From a virus: a stretch of DNA of 64,000 nt. Position numbers and translations under genes: made by a program. Below, piece after piece: positions 10,734-20,181 of this stretch (within the stretch, counting starts at the first letter, position 1; the number at the start of each line of letters is the position of its first letter). A model generated the notes under the pieces. That model saw only the letters and a program-made list of their open reading frames with translations. It was not told the origin of the DNA and searched no databases. Location of the stretch: positions 1 to 64,000 of IMG/VR virus record IMGVR_UViG_3300005663_000033; one strand, given 5' to 3'.

Positions 10734-10983
10734 TTTTCTTTACACCTTCCTTTCTGTGAAAATCAACAATATTTTGGACATCTGTGGATAGTTCTTCAGT
10801 CTTAGCATTACTATCATAAACTGTAAGACCATCTACATCATTAATACAACAATTTTTGTATTTCTTGTTGCTACCACACAAACAAAGCCAATTTCTACCC
10901 CACCTCGTTCGCTTACGATTAATCGGCATTGTGACACCCCGAAGTCGTTTTTGCAAATTCAGTGCTTTTGTATTTTTTGTCAT
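10726..10983 (-). CDS. SEC-C motif small protein
   Basis: GRNWLCLCGSNKKYKNCC; likely start MTKNTK at 10983. Confidence 0.75.
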   Translation of the reverse strand: MTKNTKALNLQKRLRGVTMPINRKRTRWGRNWLCLCGSNKKYKNCCINDVDGLTVYDSNAKTEELSTDVQNIVDFHRKEGVKKNG

Positions 10984-11654
10984 CTTGTTTTCCTCTTCTT
11001 GACAGAAGTTGTTAATGCTTTTTCTACTGACCAACCATATAAATGAAGTCTTGCCCACAAAGTACTTCTTTTAATATCACATTCACTAGCCCAATCAACT
11101 ATACATTGAGTTTTCCCTTTGTGAGTAATTAGATGATTATTGCGTCGATTTCTGCTATTTATTCTAGCAGTAACCCATCTGCAATTTTCTTTGTAATATC
11201 CTTTGTTATTATTTATACGATCGATTTGACGTTGACTTGGCGATTCACCCATATCTTTTAAGAAATTCAGAAAATTTCTCCAACGCTTACAAACTCTTAT
11301 TCCTCGACCACCATAATTATGATATGCTAGACAACTACGGTCACCACATCTTCGAATCATATTGCTCCATGAAACATAGGTTGTAGATTGCTTTCCCCTA
11401 CCCCCATGACCATGTTTTGTTGACCGTTGTTTTGTTTTTTCTATTCTTAAACATCCACAACTTCTAGTTGTATTATTCTTAAGGTTACTACTCGTAACAG
11501 TTACCTCTTTACCACAAATACATCTACACAACCAACAAATATGCCCACCTTTGCGAACACTTGAGTGTCGGATAACAACTAATCTTTCAAATTTTTTATT
11601 GGTCAAATCCGTCAATTTGCTCAAATTACACTTTTCCGACGACTTGTTCCCCAT
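10980..11654 (-). CDS. HNH homing endonuclease (phage type)
   Basis: WLCRCICG, SCGC, NYGGRGIRVCKRW, IDRINNNKGY..NCRW; likely start MGNK at 11654. Confidence 0.85.
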   Translation of the reverse strand: MGNKSSEKCNLSKLTDLTNKKFERLVVIRHSSVRKGGHICWLCRCICGKEVTVTSSNLKNNTTRSCGCLRIEKTKQRSTKHGHGGRGKQSTTYVSWSNMIRRCGDRSCLAYHNYGGRGIRVCKRWRNFLNFLKDMGESPSQRQIDRINNNKGYYKENCRWVTARINSRNRRNNHLITHKGKTQCIVDWASECDIKRSTLWARLHLYGWSVEKALTTSVKKRKTR

Positions 11655-12735
11655 AAGGTACACTCCTTTCCTCAGCACTCAACATAGCATTCATTTTCCA
11701 GCAGTGTTGTATAGCTGCTCTTTGTCCATTAGTTTCCATCTCATCACCAAGTCCAAGTAGTCCCATAGCATTGAATAAATCCGCCAAACGATTAAAGTAC
11801 GTATGTCGATGAGCCACATACTCTACACTGGCTTTTATCTTGTCAAAACGCTGTGACTGATCTTCTATCAGACCAATAACTTTATTCATAAAATCAGTTG
11901 TGCTGGTAGCTATTACACAATGTGATCCAAGATATTTAGCAACCATAGGATTATCAGATACCTGAATACCACCACAAAGTGGAATCATAAATGATCTTTC
12001 ATTGATACACGCCTGAAGACCAATTTGTCTTTCCGTGTGGACATTCGGGCATACCTTGGCAGTTGCATAGACATGAGCTAATTTGGTGATGTCGCCAATC
12101 AATGGACCATTATAATTAAGACCAGCAAGTTGCCAAATCTTGTCACCAAATGCCTGATAGGAATAACCAAGTAAATCGAGCCGTTTGAACAATGGTTCAA
12201 TCAGTTTCTTCATGATACCCTGTCTGTGATTAAAGTTAGCAACCATTGCAACATCAGTTAGTGTTGAACATGTCTTGGGTAATGCTTTAACAATATTCCC
12301 AGCCGCTGGTATATGTACAATCTCGATATCATTGTTTTTCCACCCACACATGTATTCGGACCATACGTTTGGCTGCAAACGGGTGTGAACTATAACATTT
12401 TGAATTTTTTTGATCAAATCTGGCTCATCATCATGAGCAAATTCATAAGGCCCATCAATCGTTATATTAGCTGGGTTCAAGGGCAAAGCCTCAACAGCAA
12501 CTGTTACCTTATTGTCGTTAATAACCTGAATAGGTAATTGCCTCATACCATATCTGGAGTGAGTCATAATAAATTGAATTCCATGTTCCTCAATCCATTC
12601 GCGACAACATAATTTATACTTGGGGTCTCCAACATACACTTTCCAACCAAGATATCGCAAAGCATCAACATATCCCTGTTGTATCATCTGAGATGTCGCA
12701 CCGGGACGTGAAATATATAAAGCACTTTTATTCAT
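11626..12735 (-). CDS. Glycosyltransferase (CgeB / Glyco_trans_1_2-like)
   Basis: C-terminal YATAKVCPNVH...INERSF..PLCGG.QVSD...HTYFNR pattern; near gmd. Confidence 0.75.
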   Translation of the reverse strand: MNKSALYISRPGATSQMIQQGYVDALRYLGWKVYVGDPKYKLCCREWIEEHGIQFIMTHSRYGMRQLPIQVINDNKVTVAVEALPLNPANITIDGPYEFAHDDEPDLIKKIQNVIVHTRLQPNVWSEYMCGWKNNDIEIVHIPAAGNIVKALPKTCSTLTDVAMVANFNHRQGIMKKLIEPLFKRLDLLGYSYQAFGDKIWQLAGLNYNGPLIGDITKLAHVYATAKVCPNVHTERQIGLQACINERSFMIPLCGGIQVSDNPMVAKYLGSHCVIATSTTDFMNKVIGLIEDQSQRFDKIKASVEYVAHRHTYFNRLADLFNAMGLLGLGDEMETNGQRAAIQHCWKMNAMLSAEERSVPYGEQVVGKV

Positions 12736-13648
12736 ATTCCTCTTCTCCAAAATCAGTCTCAGCATCCATAATAACGGGTTCTATACTACCGTCGGGAAAT
12801 TTAATTGGTTTACGAAATTCATTCTTGATATCATTAGAAGCCAATTTTGTTAATTCTGCAAATCTTCCCTGTCTATCTCTTTCATTTTGCGAATGCTGTA
12901 ACTTGCTCACTAATTCAAAAAACGTTGCTTTGCCACCCTTAAGTTCTTCTATACGATCTTTACGAGTAGCACATAAACTACTATATATTTTCTGTCTTTC
13001 TTTTACGAGAGCATCATAGCGATCATTGATGGTTTTGAGATATCGATACTTATCATCCAATTGTCTTTGTTGTAAAATACGAAATTTAATTGTATCCTTA
13101 TTTTCATCATCAGCCTTCGGATTAGCAATGAACCATACTTGTAACTCATCAATTTGCCGTTGTAGTGATTTTTTCATAATAAGCTGTTGATCTATCAGAA
13201 TCCTGTGTTTCAAAAAATCATCGACTTGCATGAACTCACTAATAACAATATCTTCAAATTGACAACACAAAAGTCCAAAATCCTCCATGTATACAGAAAC
13301 TTCTTCTGATTCAAATTGTTTATTTATAGTTCTGTATAGATGAGTCTTTTTAAGTTGATTTCTAAACCAATTGGCTTTTTCGGAATCGGTAAGCCCATAT
13401 GGCAATGCTTCCAACATGGGGGTATCTATCATATCTGTATCCGTTGGTTTACCGGATTTCTTTTTCACCCCCATGGCCCTACGTCTACGACGAATCGTAT
13501 CTATCGTCCATTTATATCCACATTCTTTTATTAATCGTTGTTGAGTACTCTCGTCGGATAAATTTTGCTTAATACAATCGATAAGAATTTTCAACGCCTT
13601 GGAGTTAGAGGATAATCTCTTGTTTTTAGCCTCCGACATCATCATCAC
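12728..13648 (-). CDS. Hypothetical coiled-coil protein (possible terminase small subunit)
   Basis: Basic N-terminal segment and long coiled coil in the packaging operon; TerS identity is positional inference only. Confidence 0.5.
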   Translation of the reverse strand: MMMMSEAKNKRLSSNSKALKILIDCIKQNLSDESTQQRLIKECGYKWTIDTIRRRRRAMGVKKKSGKPTDTDMIDTPMLEALPYGLTDSEKANWFRNQLKKTHLYRTINKQFESEEVSVYMEDFGLLCCQFEDIVISEFMQVDDFLKHRILIDQQLIMKKSLQRQIDELQVWFIANPKADDENKDTIKFRILQQRQLDDKYRYLKTINDRYDALVKERQKIYSSLCATRKDRIEELKGGKATFFELVSKLQHSQNERDRQGRFAELTKLASNDIKNEFRKPIKFPDGSIEPVIMDAETDFGEEEYE

Positions 13649-14177
13649 CCCTTGAAATCAAAATCTCGGCAACTTTTTGTCTTATCTCTTCAACCAATGT
13701 ACGACAAACCTTATTATTACAAATTAATTCTTCAAATGGCTCACTAAGATTTTCCGGCAATCGTTGTCGAATATAAAGTAAAGTTTCACTACACATAATA
13801 TATTCAGCCGGATCAACATTAGTTGATGCAGAACACAAAAACACGCCCTTCTCTCCAATATCTCCATCAAGTGGTAAAGCATTTACTAAATTCATTCTAG
13901 TACGAGCAAGACCAGAAGTGGGTATGTCTGAACCTGGACGAAAATATCTGTCTCTCTTTAGATTCTTGAGACGATTAGTAACATGTCGGACAAGATAATT
14001 TTCGATTGGTCCTATCTTTGGATCATATCTCTCTAAAGCTTCTAGGCACATGCACCAAACCTCTTGATAAACATCTGTTTTCTCATAATATGCAAATGAA
14101 CCATTGGCACTACGAGACTTGGCTAATCGCCCAATAATAGGACCGGCTTCGTCGAGAATTTCCTGACTAACTGTCAT
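13626..14177 (-). CDS. Sigma factor-like protein (region 2 present, region 4 apparently reduced)
   Basis: DVYQEVWCMCLEALERYDP..GPIENYLVRHVTNRLKNLKR resembles sigma70 region 2. Confidence 0.7.
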   Translation of the reverse strand: MTVSQEILDEAGPIIGRLAKSRSANGSFAYYEKTDVYQEVWCMCLEALERYDPKIGPIENYLVRHVTNRLKNLKRDRYFRPGSDIPTSGLARTRMNLVNALPLDGDIGEKGVFLCSASTNVDPAEYIMCSETLLYIRQRLPENLSEPFEELICNNKVCRTLVEEIRQKVAEILISRGDDDVGG

Positions 14178-14358
14178 CCTCTGTACCCTTTTCCATTTCT
14201 TTCTTAATTATTTGTTCACCAACATCCGGTTCCGGATCAGGAATAGCCAGATCATCAATAGCATTGGCATTCGCTTTCTCTGTTCCACGGGTCACCAAAC
14301 GACATTCGACCTTAGTTTTCTTGTCACTCATTTCTATCACCCTCAAAATTATACACAA
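14167..14358 (-). CDS. Hypothetical small protein
   Basis: Overlaps the start of the sigma-like gene; likely true start MSDKK after a GAGG RBS. Confidence 0.55.
   Translation of the reverse strand: MCIILRVIEMSDKKTKVECRLVTRGTEKANANAIDDLAIPDPEPDVGEQIIKKEMEKGTEDDS
14348..14357 (-). promoter_or_regulatory. Putative late promoter TGTGTATAAT
   Basis: Head of the sigma/packaging operon. Confidence 0.55.
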
Positions 14359-14451
14359 TAACGTTTTTTATTTAACGTCCGATAAAAACATCCCTCCATA
14401 TATATAGGGAGGACATTTTCGCGAAAACGTTCCATTTTTTTTAATTTTTTC

Positions 14452-14482
14452 TGGAACATACCCCCTAGTTGTACGTATAATA
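14452..14482 (+). promoter_or_regulatory. ECF-sigma-type promoter TGGAAC-N16-CGTATAATA
   Basis: One of six copies with identical 16-nt spacing; upstream of the methylase operon. Confidence 0.7.
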
Positions 14483-14527
14483 GAGTGTGGAAAGGTTTGT
14501 GGCAAAACAAAACGCGGAGTCCTATAG

Positions 14528-15241
14528 ATGATCAAGCTGATACACGGCAAATTTGAGTTAATTCCTGTTTCTACCATCGAGAAGGTGGATTTGATTATTT
14601 GCGACCCCCCAGATAACATCGGTCTCAAATATGATGGATTTAAAGATCGACAGTCAACAGAAGAATATGAAGCTAACATTCTGCTCTGGTTAAGTATAAC
14701 GGCTGGTTTGACTGATGGACCTATCTTTTTTACGTTCAATGAAAAATGGACTAAAATTGTAGAAAACGCCATCGAATCCGTTGGTATCCCACTAATTCAA
14801 AGATTGCAGTGGTACTATACATTTGGGCAAGACCAAACAGGAAGGGGTAAATACGGATTATGCTATCGTCCAGTATATTGGCTCAACTCGGATTTCGTTC
14901 GACCAGAGCAGATTAAAGTGCCCAGCGCCAGGCAAACAAAATACAACGACAAGAGAGCCGCGAAGGGTGGTAAGATGCCCCATAACGTATGGGAATTCCC
15001 CCGTGTTTGCGGCACGTTCAAAGAAAGAAGAAAATGGATACCAACTCAGTTACCCGAATCCCTCGTAGAGCGTATCATCCAAGGCCACTGCCGTCCACAT
15101 GGTCGTGTGCTCGATCCATTTATCGGAAGCGGCACAACTGCGATAGTGTGTCAGCGGCTAGGATTAAACTGTGTCGGAATCGAAGTAAGTGAACCGATTA
15201 TCCAAAAAACAGCGGAACATTTAGGAGTAGGTTATGAGTAA
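14528..15241 (+). CDS. DNA N4/N6 methyltransferase (beta class) with atypical DPPD motif
   Basis: LIICDPPDN, NVWEF, PTQLP, VLDPFIGSGTT, GIEVS. Confidence 0.85.
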   Translation: MIKLIHGKFELIPVSTIEKVDLIICDPPDNIGLKYDGFKDRQSTEEYEANILLWLSITAGLTDGPIFFTFNEKWTKIVENAIESVGIPLIQRLQWYYTFGQDQTGRGKYGLCYRPVYWLNSDFVRPEQIKVPSARQTKYNDKRAAKGGKMPHNVWEFPRVCGTFKERRKWIPTQLPESLVERIIQGHCRPHGRVLDPFIGSGTTAIVCQRLGLNCVGIEVSEPIIQKTAEHLGVGYE

Positions 15242-16007
15242 CGACATCTGTTTGACGAAAGAATACGCCAGGGATGGATTTGTCCCTACCGACCTACAAT
15301 GGCAGATAGATAAAATAGCAGAGGATTTCACTCTCTATGACTTGTTTCGTTTGGTTTATCAGGCGGATATAATAGTTCCAGGCATATGCGCAACACTTGG
15401 AATGCCGGAATTCACCGCCTTTTGGGATCAAATAAATCTAGAAAGAGACCCGGATGATGAAAAAGACCTCGAATATTTGGAACTTTATTGGCGTTGTGAT
15501 TATGATACTCGCGTTGTGAAAAAAGGTGGTAAACCAACAGACCAGAAAAACCACGGAGATATTCTTGATAACGACAAAAATTATTGGGACGATCCTAAGA
15601 TTGGTGAAATGTCTAATTTAATGGGCTTCCATGGAATCGGTCCACTTTGTCCACTGGCACATACCTGCTCTCATGAGTGTGGAGATGATTGCAAAAAGGA
15701 AGATTCTGGATATGCAATCGAATTCACCTCGGTCAACAACCTCCAACACCTCCCTATTCGTGTCTCGCCCAAAGTTTCATTCCATCCCCCGTTTGTCGAA
15801 TCTGACCGAGATTTTCATCGTACCGGGTTTGAATTAACAATACAACCCACACTCTGGTGCTTCATTACTAGTATCTTCTGGGAACTTACATTCGTAGGAT
15901 ACACACCAGATGAAGTAGCGGATAAGTCGCAAGAATTTCATGATAGAGTGGATGAAGCTAAGGATCATATGAAAAAACTAATAGAGGATAATCCAAATGA
16001 CGATTGA
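15234..16007 (+). CDS. Hypothetical protein
   Basis: 257 aa, AGGAG RBS, overlaps the methylase end. Confidence 0.7.
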   Translation: MSNDICLTKEYARDGFVPTDLQWQIDKIAEDFTLYDLFRLVYQADIIVPGICATLGMPEFTAFWDQINLERDPDDEKDLEYLELYWRCDYDTRVVKKGGKPTDQKNHGDILDNDKNYWDDPKIGEMSNLMGFHGIGPLCPLAHTCSHECGDDCKKEDSGYAIEFTSVNNLQHLPIRVSPKVSFHPPFVESDRDFHRTGFELTIQPTLWCFITSIFWELTFVGYTPDEVADKSQEFHDRVDEAKDHMKKLIEDNPNDD

Positions 16008-16271
16008 ACCTGACACGTTTCAACAGATTCGTCAGCTATCTCCAGAAGATATATTGGAATTGGTCGATACGGTTAGCCGTGCTGCTCTGCTTAATAACTC
16101 TTTGACTATTTCTCCACAAGATAAATTTAAAATTGCGTATACGATGATAACCCATGCGTACACAATGTTAGAACAATGTGGATATGAAATAGAAACAACA
16201 ATAACCAATTCAAAACATGGAGGAGTGGAATATAAAACGGGCATGGACAATGATAATGTGGGGGAAATTTT

Positions 16272-16613
16272 GTGAATAAAGAAACGGTTATAAAATTGCT
16301 TAAAAAATGGGATGCTACAATTGATATTGGAGAACAGGTATCCAAGATGAAGGCCCAAAAGAATGTTGGTGGTCTTATGGGGCGAATACAAAGGACTGTT
16401 GGACGACCGGTAATCTTCGATACACAAACACTTGATGACCAAAAGATTATTCAAAACTCTTTATGTAAGGAACTACCACAATGGAGCGATGTTATTCGTA
16501 GTCAACCGGAGATAATGGATGGATTTAAATGGACTCGGGGTGATTTTATCGAATTATATTTCGGTCATTTTCGCATGGTTGTCGAAAAGATTCGAAAAAT
16601 CATCGATAAATAG
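16272..16613 (+). CDS. Hypothetical protein
   Basis: 113-aa ORF coupled to 15997..16275 in the same operon. Confidence 0.6.
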   Translation: MNKETVIKLLKKWDATIDIGEQVSKMKAQKNVGGLMGRIQRTVGRPVIFDTQTLDDQKIIQNSLCKELPQWSDVIRSQPEIMDGFKWTRGDFIELYFGHFRMVVEKIRKIIDK

Positions 16614-16857
16614 GCTACTGTGTGATACTTGTGGAAAATCTCAGTCTATGGATGGAATGCGACAAATATTTGGAGGTATACAAATATGTGACCAATGTAT
16701 CGACAAAATTTTGTCGTTGCATGTCGTATCAAATCCAATAAAAACATTGTGTCCATTCTGTTATGGTAAAGAGGGTAATGCGAAAAAATGTCAATACTGT
16801 GAAATAAAATACATTCAGGAAAGTGGTGACGGTGGCGAGTAAAACAGGTGGAAAGTA

Positions 16858-17562
16858 ATGAGTAATTATTCACGAGAAGATATTGATAGATGGTTTGACT
16901 TCTCCTATCTGCCGTCTCAAAGAATGATCCATGTCGGATCACATGATGCCGAAATGATGGATGGAGAAGGAGAATCGGGCACAGATTGTCAAATGGCTGA
17001 ATTTTTTATTAAGGCCATTACTCACTTAAATCGCATTTCTAGCAAACCTATATTCGTTCATATGAATAATCTTGGGGGTGATTGGTTTCATGGTATGGCT
17101 GTGTACGACGCTATCAGAGCTTCTATAGCACATGTTTATGGTATTTGCTGGGGATATGCAATGTCGATGGGATCGATCATCATTCAAGCATGTGATTCAA
17201 GGATAGTTGCTCCCCATTGTACTTTTATGATTCATGATGGATTCGATAACTTGAGCGGTACATGTAAATCTGTTGAAGCATGGGCAAAATTTGCTACTAA
17301 ATCACGACAACAAATGTATGAAATCTATCTTGGCAGAATGAAAGCTGCAAAACCTCGCATTACAATAGGGAAGATTGAAGAATTATGTTCGCACGATACC
17401 ATCTTTACCGCAGAAGATGCTGTCCGTCAAGGACTAGCAGATTGGATTCTCGCGACTCTAGATGATCCATATAAATATTACGCCACAGAAACTCCGACCT
17501 CTAAATGGCAACCAACTATGAAACTAGGTAAACACGAAGTAGAAGAAGAGGAAACCGAGTAA
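16858..17562 (+). CDS. ClpP-like serine protease
   Basis: MNNLGGDWFHGMAVYDAI, AMSMGSII (Ser), FMIHDG (His), HDTIFTAEDAVRQGLAD (Asp). Confidence 0.85.
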   Translation: MSNYSREDIDRWFDFSYLPSQRMIHVGSHDAEMMDGEGESGTDCQMAEFFIKAITHLNRISSKPIFVHMNNLGGDWFHGMAVYDAIRASIAHVYGICWGYAMSMGSIIIQACDSRIVAPHCTFMIHDGFDNLSGTCKSVEAWAKFATKSRQQMYEIYLGRMKAAKPRITIGKIEELCSHDTIFTAEDAVRQGLADWILATLDDPYKYYATETPTSKWQPTMKLGKHEVEEEETE

Positions 17563-18134
17563 TGAACTTACGTGAATATCAGGAAAAGGCCCGAAGTACT
17601 GCAATCTACCTCGACATAGACGGTAGTAAGATGATATATCCTGCTCTGGGCATTGTGGGTGAATGTGGTGAAATAACTGAGAAAATCAAAAAGCTTATCC
17701 GCGACGATAATTGGGAAATGAAACCTGATCGGGCAAATGCTATTGCAAAGGAACTTGGTGATTGTTGTTGGTATCTTGCGAACATATGTTGTGACACCAA
17801 TCATGATTTAATTATGATGCACGAAATGCGAGGAGCTTTTATCTTCCATCAAATCCGTGGTCTCAATTGGTTTCAACTAGTACTACATATGAATCGCCAC
17901 GCAATTGCACTCGCAACCGCTCTCGAAAACTGGTACTACAAACATGATTGCCGACTAAATGAAACGGAAAGGTATGTAGAGATACCTAACGATTTATCCC
18001 ATATTATAACATGTATTGAAGAAATCGCCCATCGATGCAATTGGACATTAGAAGATATTTGTGTTGCAAATATAGAAAAGCTTTTAAAACGTAAACAGAT
18101 GGGAACACTGAAAGGTGAAGGAGATAATAGGTAA
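17562..18134 (+). CDS. MazG-like NTP pyrophosphohydrolase
   Basis: EYQEKARST, LGIVGECGEITEKIKK, KELGDCCWY, NIEKL..R...LKGEGDNR; internal degenerate second repeat. Confidence 0.85.
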   Translation: MNLREYQEKARSTAIYLDIDGSKMIYPALGIVGECGEITEKIKKLIRDDNWEMKPDRANAIAKELGDCCWYLANICCDTNHDLIMMHEMRGAFIFHQIRGLNWFQLVLHMNRHAIALATALENWYYKHDCRLNETERYVEIPNDLSHIITCIEEIAHRCNWTLEDICVANIEKLLKRKQMGTLKGEGDNR

Positions 18135-18144
18135 CTGATTAATT

Positions 18145-18154
18145 GGTGTATAAT
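18145..18154 (+). promoter_or_regulatory. Putative late promoter GGTGTATAAT
   Basis: Intergenic, upstream of the Nudix gene. Confidence 0.55.
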
Positions 18155-18192
18155 CATATTGGTATTCCCTAACAAAAGAAAGGGTAATCACA

Positions 18193-18642
18193 ATGACCGA
18201 AGTGACGTGGATAGTTTTGCGGAAAAATGACCGATTTTTACTCGCTCAACGATCACTAACTGATCATGCGAGCGGAACTTGGGTTTTCCCAGGTGGAAAG
18301 ATTGATCCAGAAGACAAAACATCCATTGATGCAGCCAATAGGGAATTAAAAAAAGAAGTTGGACTCGAAGGAAAACGGTTACGTAAGCTATTCCATATAT
18401 GCCTGGACAATTATAGCATCCAGGTTTTTTTCTGCGACCAATGGCATGGAGAATTGAAACCGGCATGCGAAGACATAATCGGGGTAGGATGGTTTACTTG
18501 GGAAGAAATGTATACACTCGGTCAAAGCCTTGCTCCGTTTGTCAATGATAGTTTATTATATCTGTCGTATATGATACAACATTATGATCATCACCCAAAT
18601 GAGTGGAAAGAACAGTGGGAAAAATGTGATGACAATGGCTAA
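18193..18642 (+). CDS. Nudix hydrolase
   Basis: WVFPGGKIDPED....AANRELKKEVG (Nudix box with one E-to-K change). Confidence 0.85.
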   Translation: MTEVTWIVLRKNDRFLLAQRSLTDHASGTWVFPGGKIDPEDKTSIDAANRELKKEVGLEGKRLRKLFHICLDNYSIQVFFCDQWHGELKPACEDIIGVGWFTWEEMYTLGQSLAPFVNDSLLYLSYMIQHYDHHPNEWKEQWEKCDDNG

Positions 18643-18907
18643 AATATCCAAGCCGGAACTCATGCAGTTATTTGAGAACATGTTGTGGGCAAATTCTCCT
18701 AAAGATTGGATATTACAAAGCACATATTTCCACGAAACTTTGTTTGTTTCTATGATTATAAAAACATCGGATAATAATAAAAACCAAAAAATACGACGCA
18801 ATTTCAATTTAAAAACTATCAGTGATCGATCTGAAGACCTGTGGGGTCTTGCTTCTGATTGTATAGATGAAATGAAAAATGATATCAAAAAATAACTGGA
18901 GTGTAAT

Positions 18908-19276
18908 ATGATCACTCGCCATAATGATCGCAAACAATTGATTGATTTTCTAATTAATAGATGGCAATCAATAACTGGTTTCGCCGCTCTAGAAAAGGTA
19001 CATAACGCATCGTGTCGTTTTGCAAAAGAAAATGGTATGCCTCCCCCTCAAGAACCCATTATTACGATACCACAAGCCTGTCATCAAATCGAGGTTATTA
19101 AACATCGCATTATCGAAATTTTACCAGAAGTAGGTTTCATAGATTACGACTATGAAGCTCCAGCACCTCTAAATCCCAATGATTTTGTGGAAGTGTTTAT
19201 CGCCGATCATTATCAGTGTATTTCTAAAGTAAAAGCAGTTATCAAGAAAATGCAGATCGATGAATCAAGAAAATGA
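18908..19276 (+). CDS. Hypothetical protein
   Basis: 122 aa, GGAG RBS. Confidence 0.6.
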   Translation: MITRHNDRKQLIDFLINRWQSITGFAALEKVHNASCRFAKENGMPPPQEPIITIPQACHQIEVIKHRIIEILPEVGFIDYDYEAPAPLNPNDFVEVFIADHYQCISKVKAVIKKMQIDESRK

Positions 19277-20180
19277 ATTAAAAAGCAAATTGGAAAAACC
19301 AGACCTTCTCATTATGGCTGGGTCTCGCTTATATGGCACTGATACGCTCAACAGTGATTACGACTACCGTGGTTTTATAGTACCCCCATTTGAATACCTG
19401 GCAGGTCTTAACAATTTTGAACATCATATTCTCAGAGAACCAGATACTGTTATATACTCCATCAAACGATTCTTTGAACTATTAATACTTGGTGATCCAA
19501 CAGCCTACGAAATTTTGTTCGCCCCAGAAACAAATATCATAGAGCGCAGCGATATAGGCGGAATTGTTCTTCGTAATCGGTCATTATTCGCCTGTAAACG
19601 TTTCACTCGTCGCATTAGTGGATACGCACAATCTGAATGGCAAAAGGTAACCGGCACACAACTCGTCCCGATCAAACGTACACCCAACGAAGACGAAATA
19701 ATCGAGGATATTCGCCAGATATTCCATCCACAAAAAGAAGAGATGGATGAAATCATTCGCTTGTTATTCATAAAACGCCAGAGAGAAACCCGACCCGCAA
19801 GACGCAAACTAGGAGCGAAGCGTAAGGCCCAAATCGAACGCCATGGCTATTGTACGTCTAGCGCCTGCCACACCATACGTCTGCTTGGACAATTGATAGA
19901 ATTGATGCAGACTGGCAAGATGACATTCCCAAGTCAACAAGTAAAGAATCTGGCTATGATCAAACGTGGTGAACTACCACTTAAAAGAGTGTCTGAGATG
20001 TACAAAGACTTACAAGCACAATCTACTATTGCGGCAGAAACAACCAATCTCCCCAAAAATGCTCCCATCAAACAAATACAAACTCTGTACCATGAGATAG
20101 TGGCCCACTCGATCGATATTGATCAACGAGCCAAAAATTATAGCCAAAGCTATAAGGACCGTTGGGAAAGGTGGCAATGA
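19260..20180 (+). CDS. Pol-beta superfamily nucleotidyltransferase
   Basis: GSRLYGTDTLNSDYDYRG (GS..D-x-D), GDPTAYEILF, HTIRLL. Confidence 0.85.
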   Translation: MNQENELKSKLEKPDLLIMAGSRLYGTDTLNSDYDYRGFIVPPFEYLAGLNNFEHHILREPDTVIYSIKRFFELLILGDPTAYEILFAPETNIIERSDIGGIVLRNRSLFACKRFTRRISGYAQSEWQKVTGTQLVPIKRTPNEDEIIEDIRQIFHPQKEEMDEIIRLLFIKRQRETRPARRKLGAKRKAQIERHGYCTSSACHTIRLLGQLIELMQTGKMTFPSQQVKNLAMIKRGELPLKRVSEMYKDLQAQSTIAAETTNLPKNAPIKQIQTLYHEIVAHSIDIDQRAKNYSQSYKDRWERWQ

Positions 20181-20181
20181 T

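Noticed and set aside
955-13534. Plus-strand ORFs in the packaging region, and other antisense shadow ORFs
   Set aside because: They overlap well-supported opposite-strand genes and lack RBSs or motifs.
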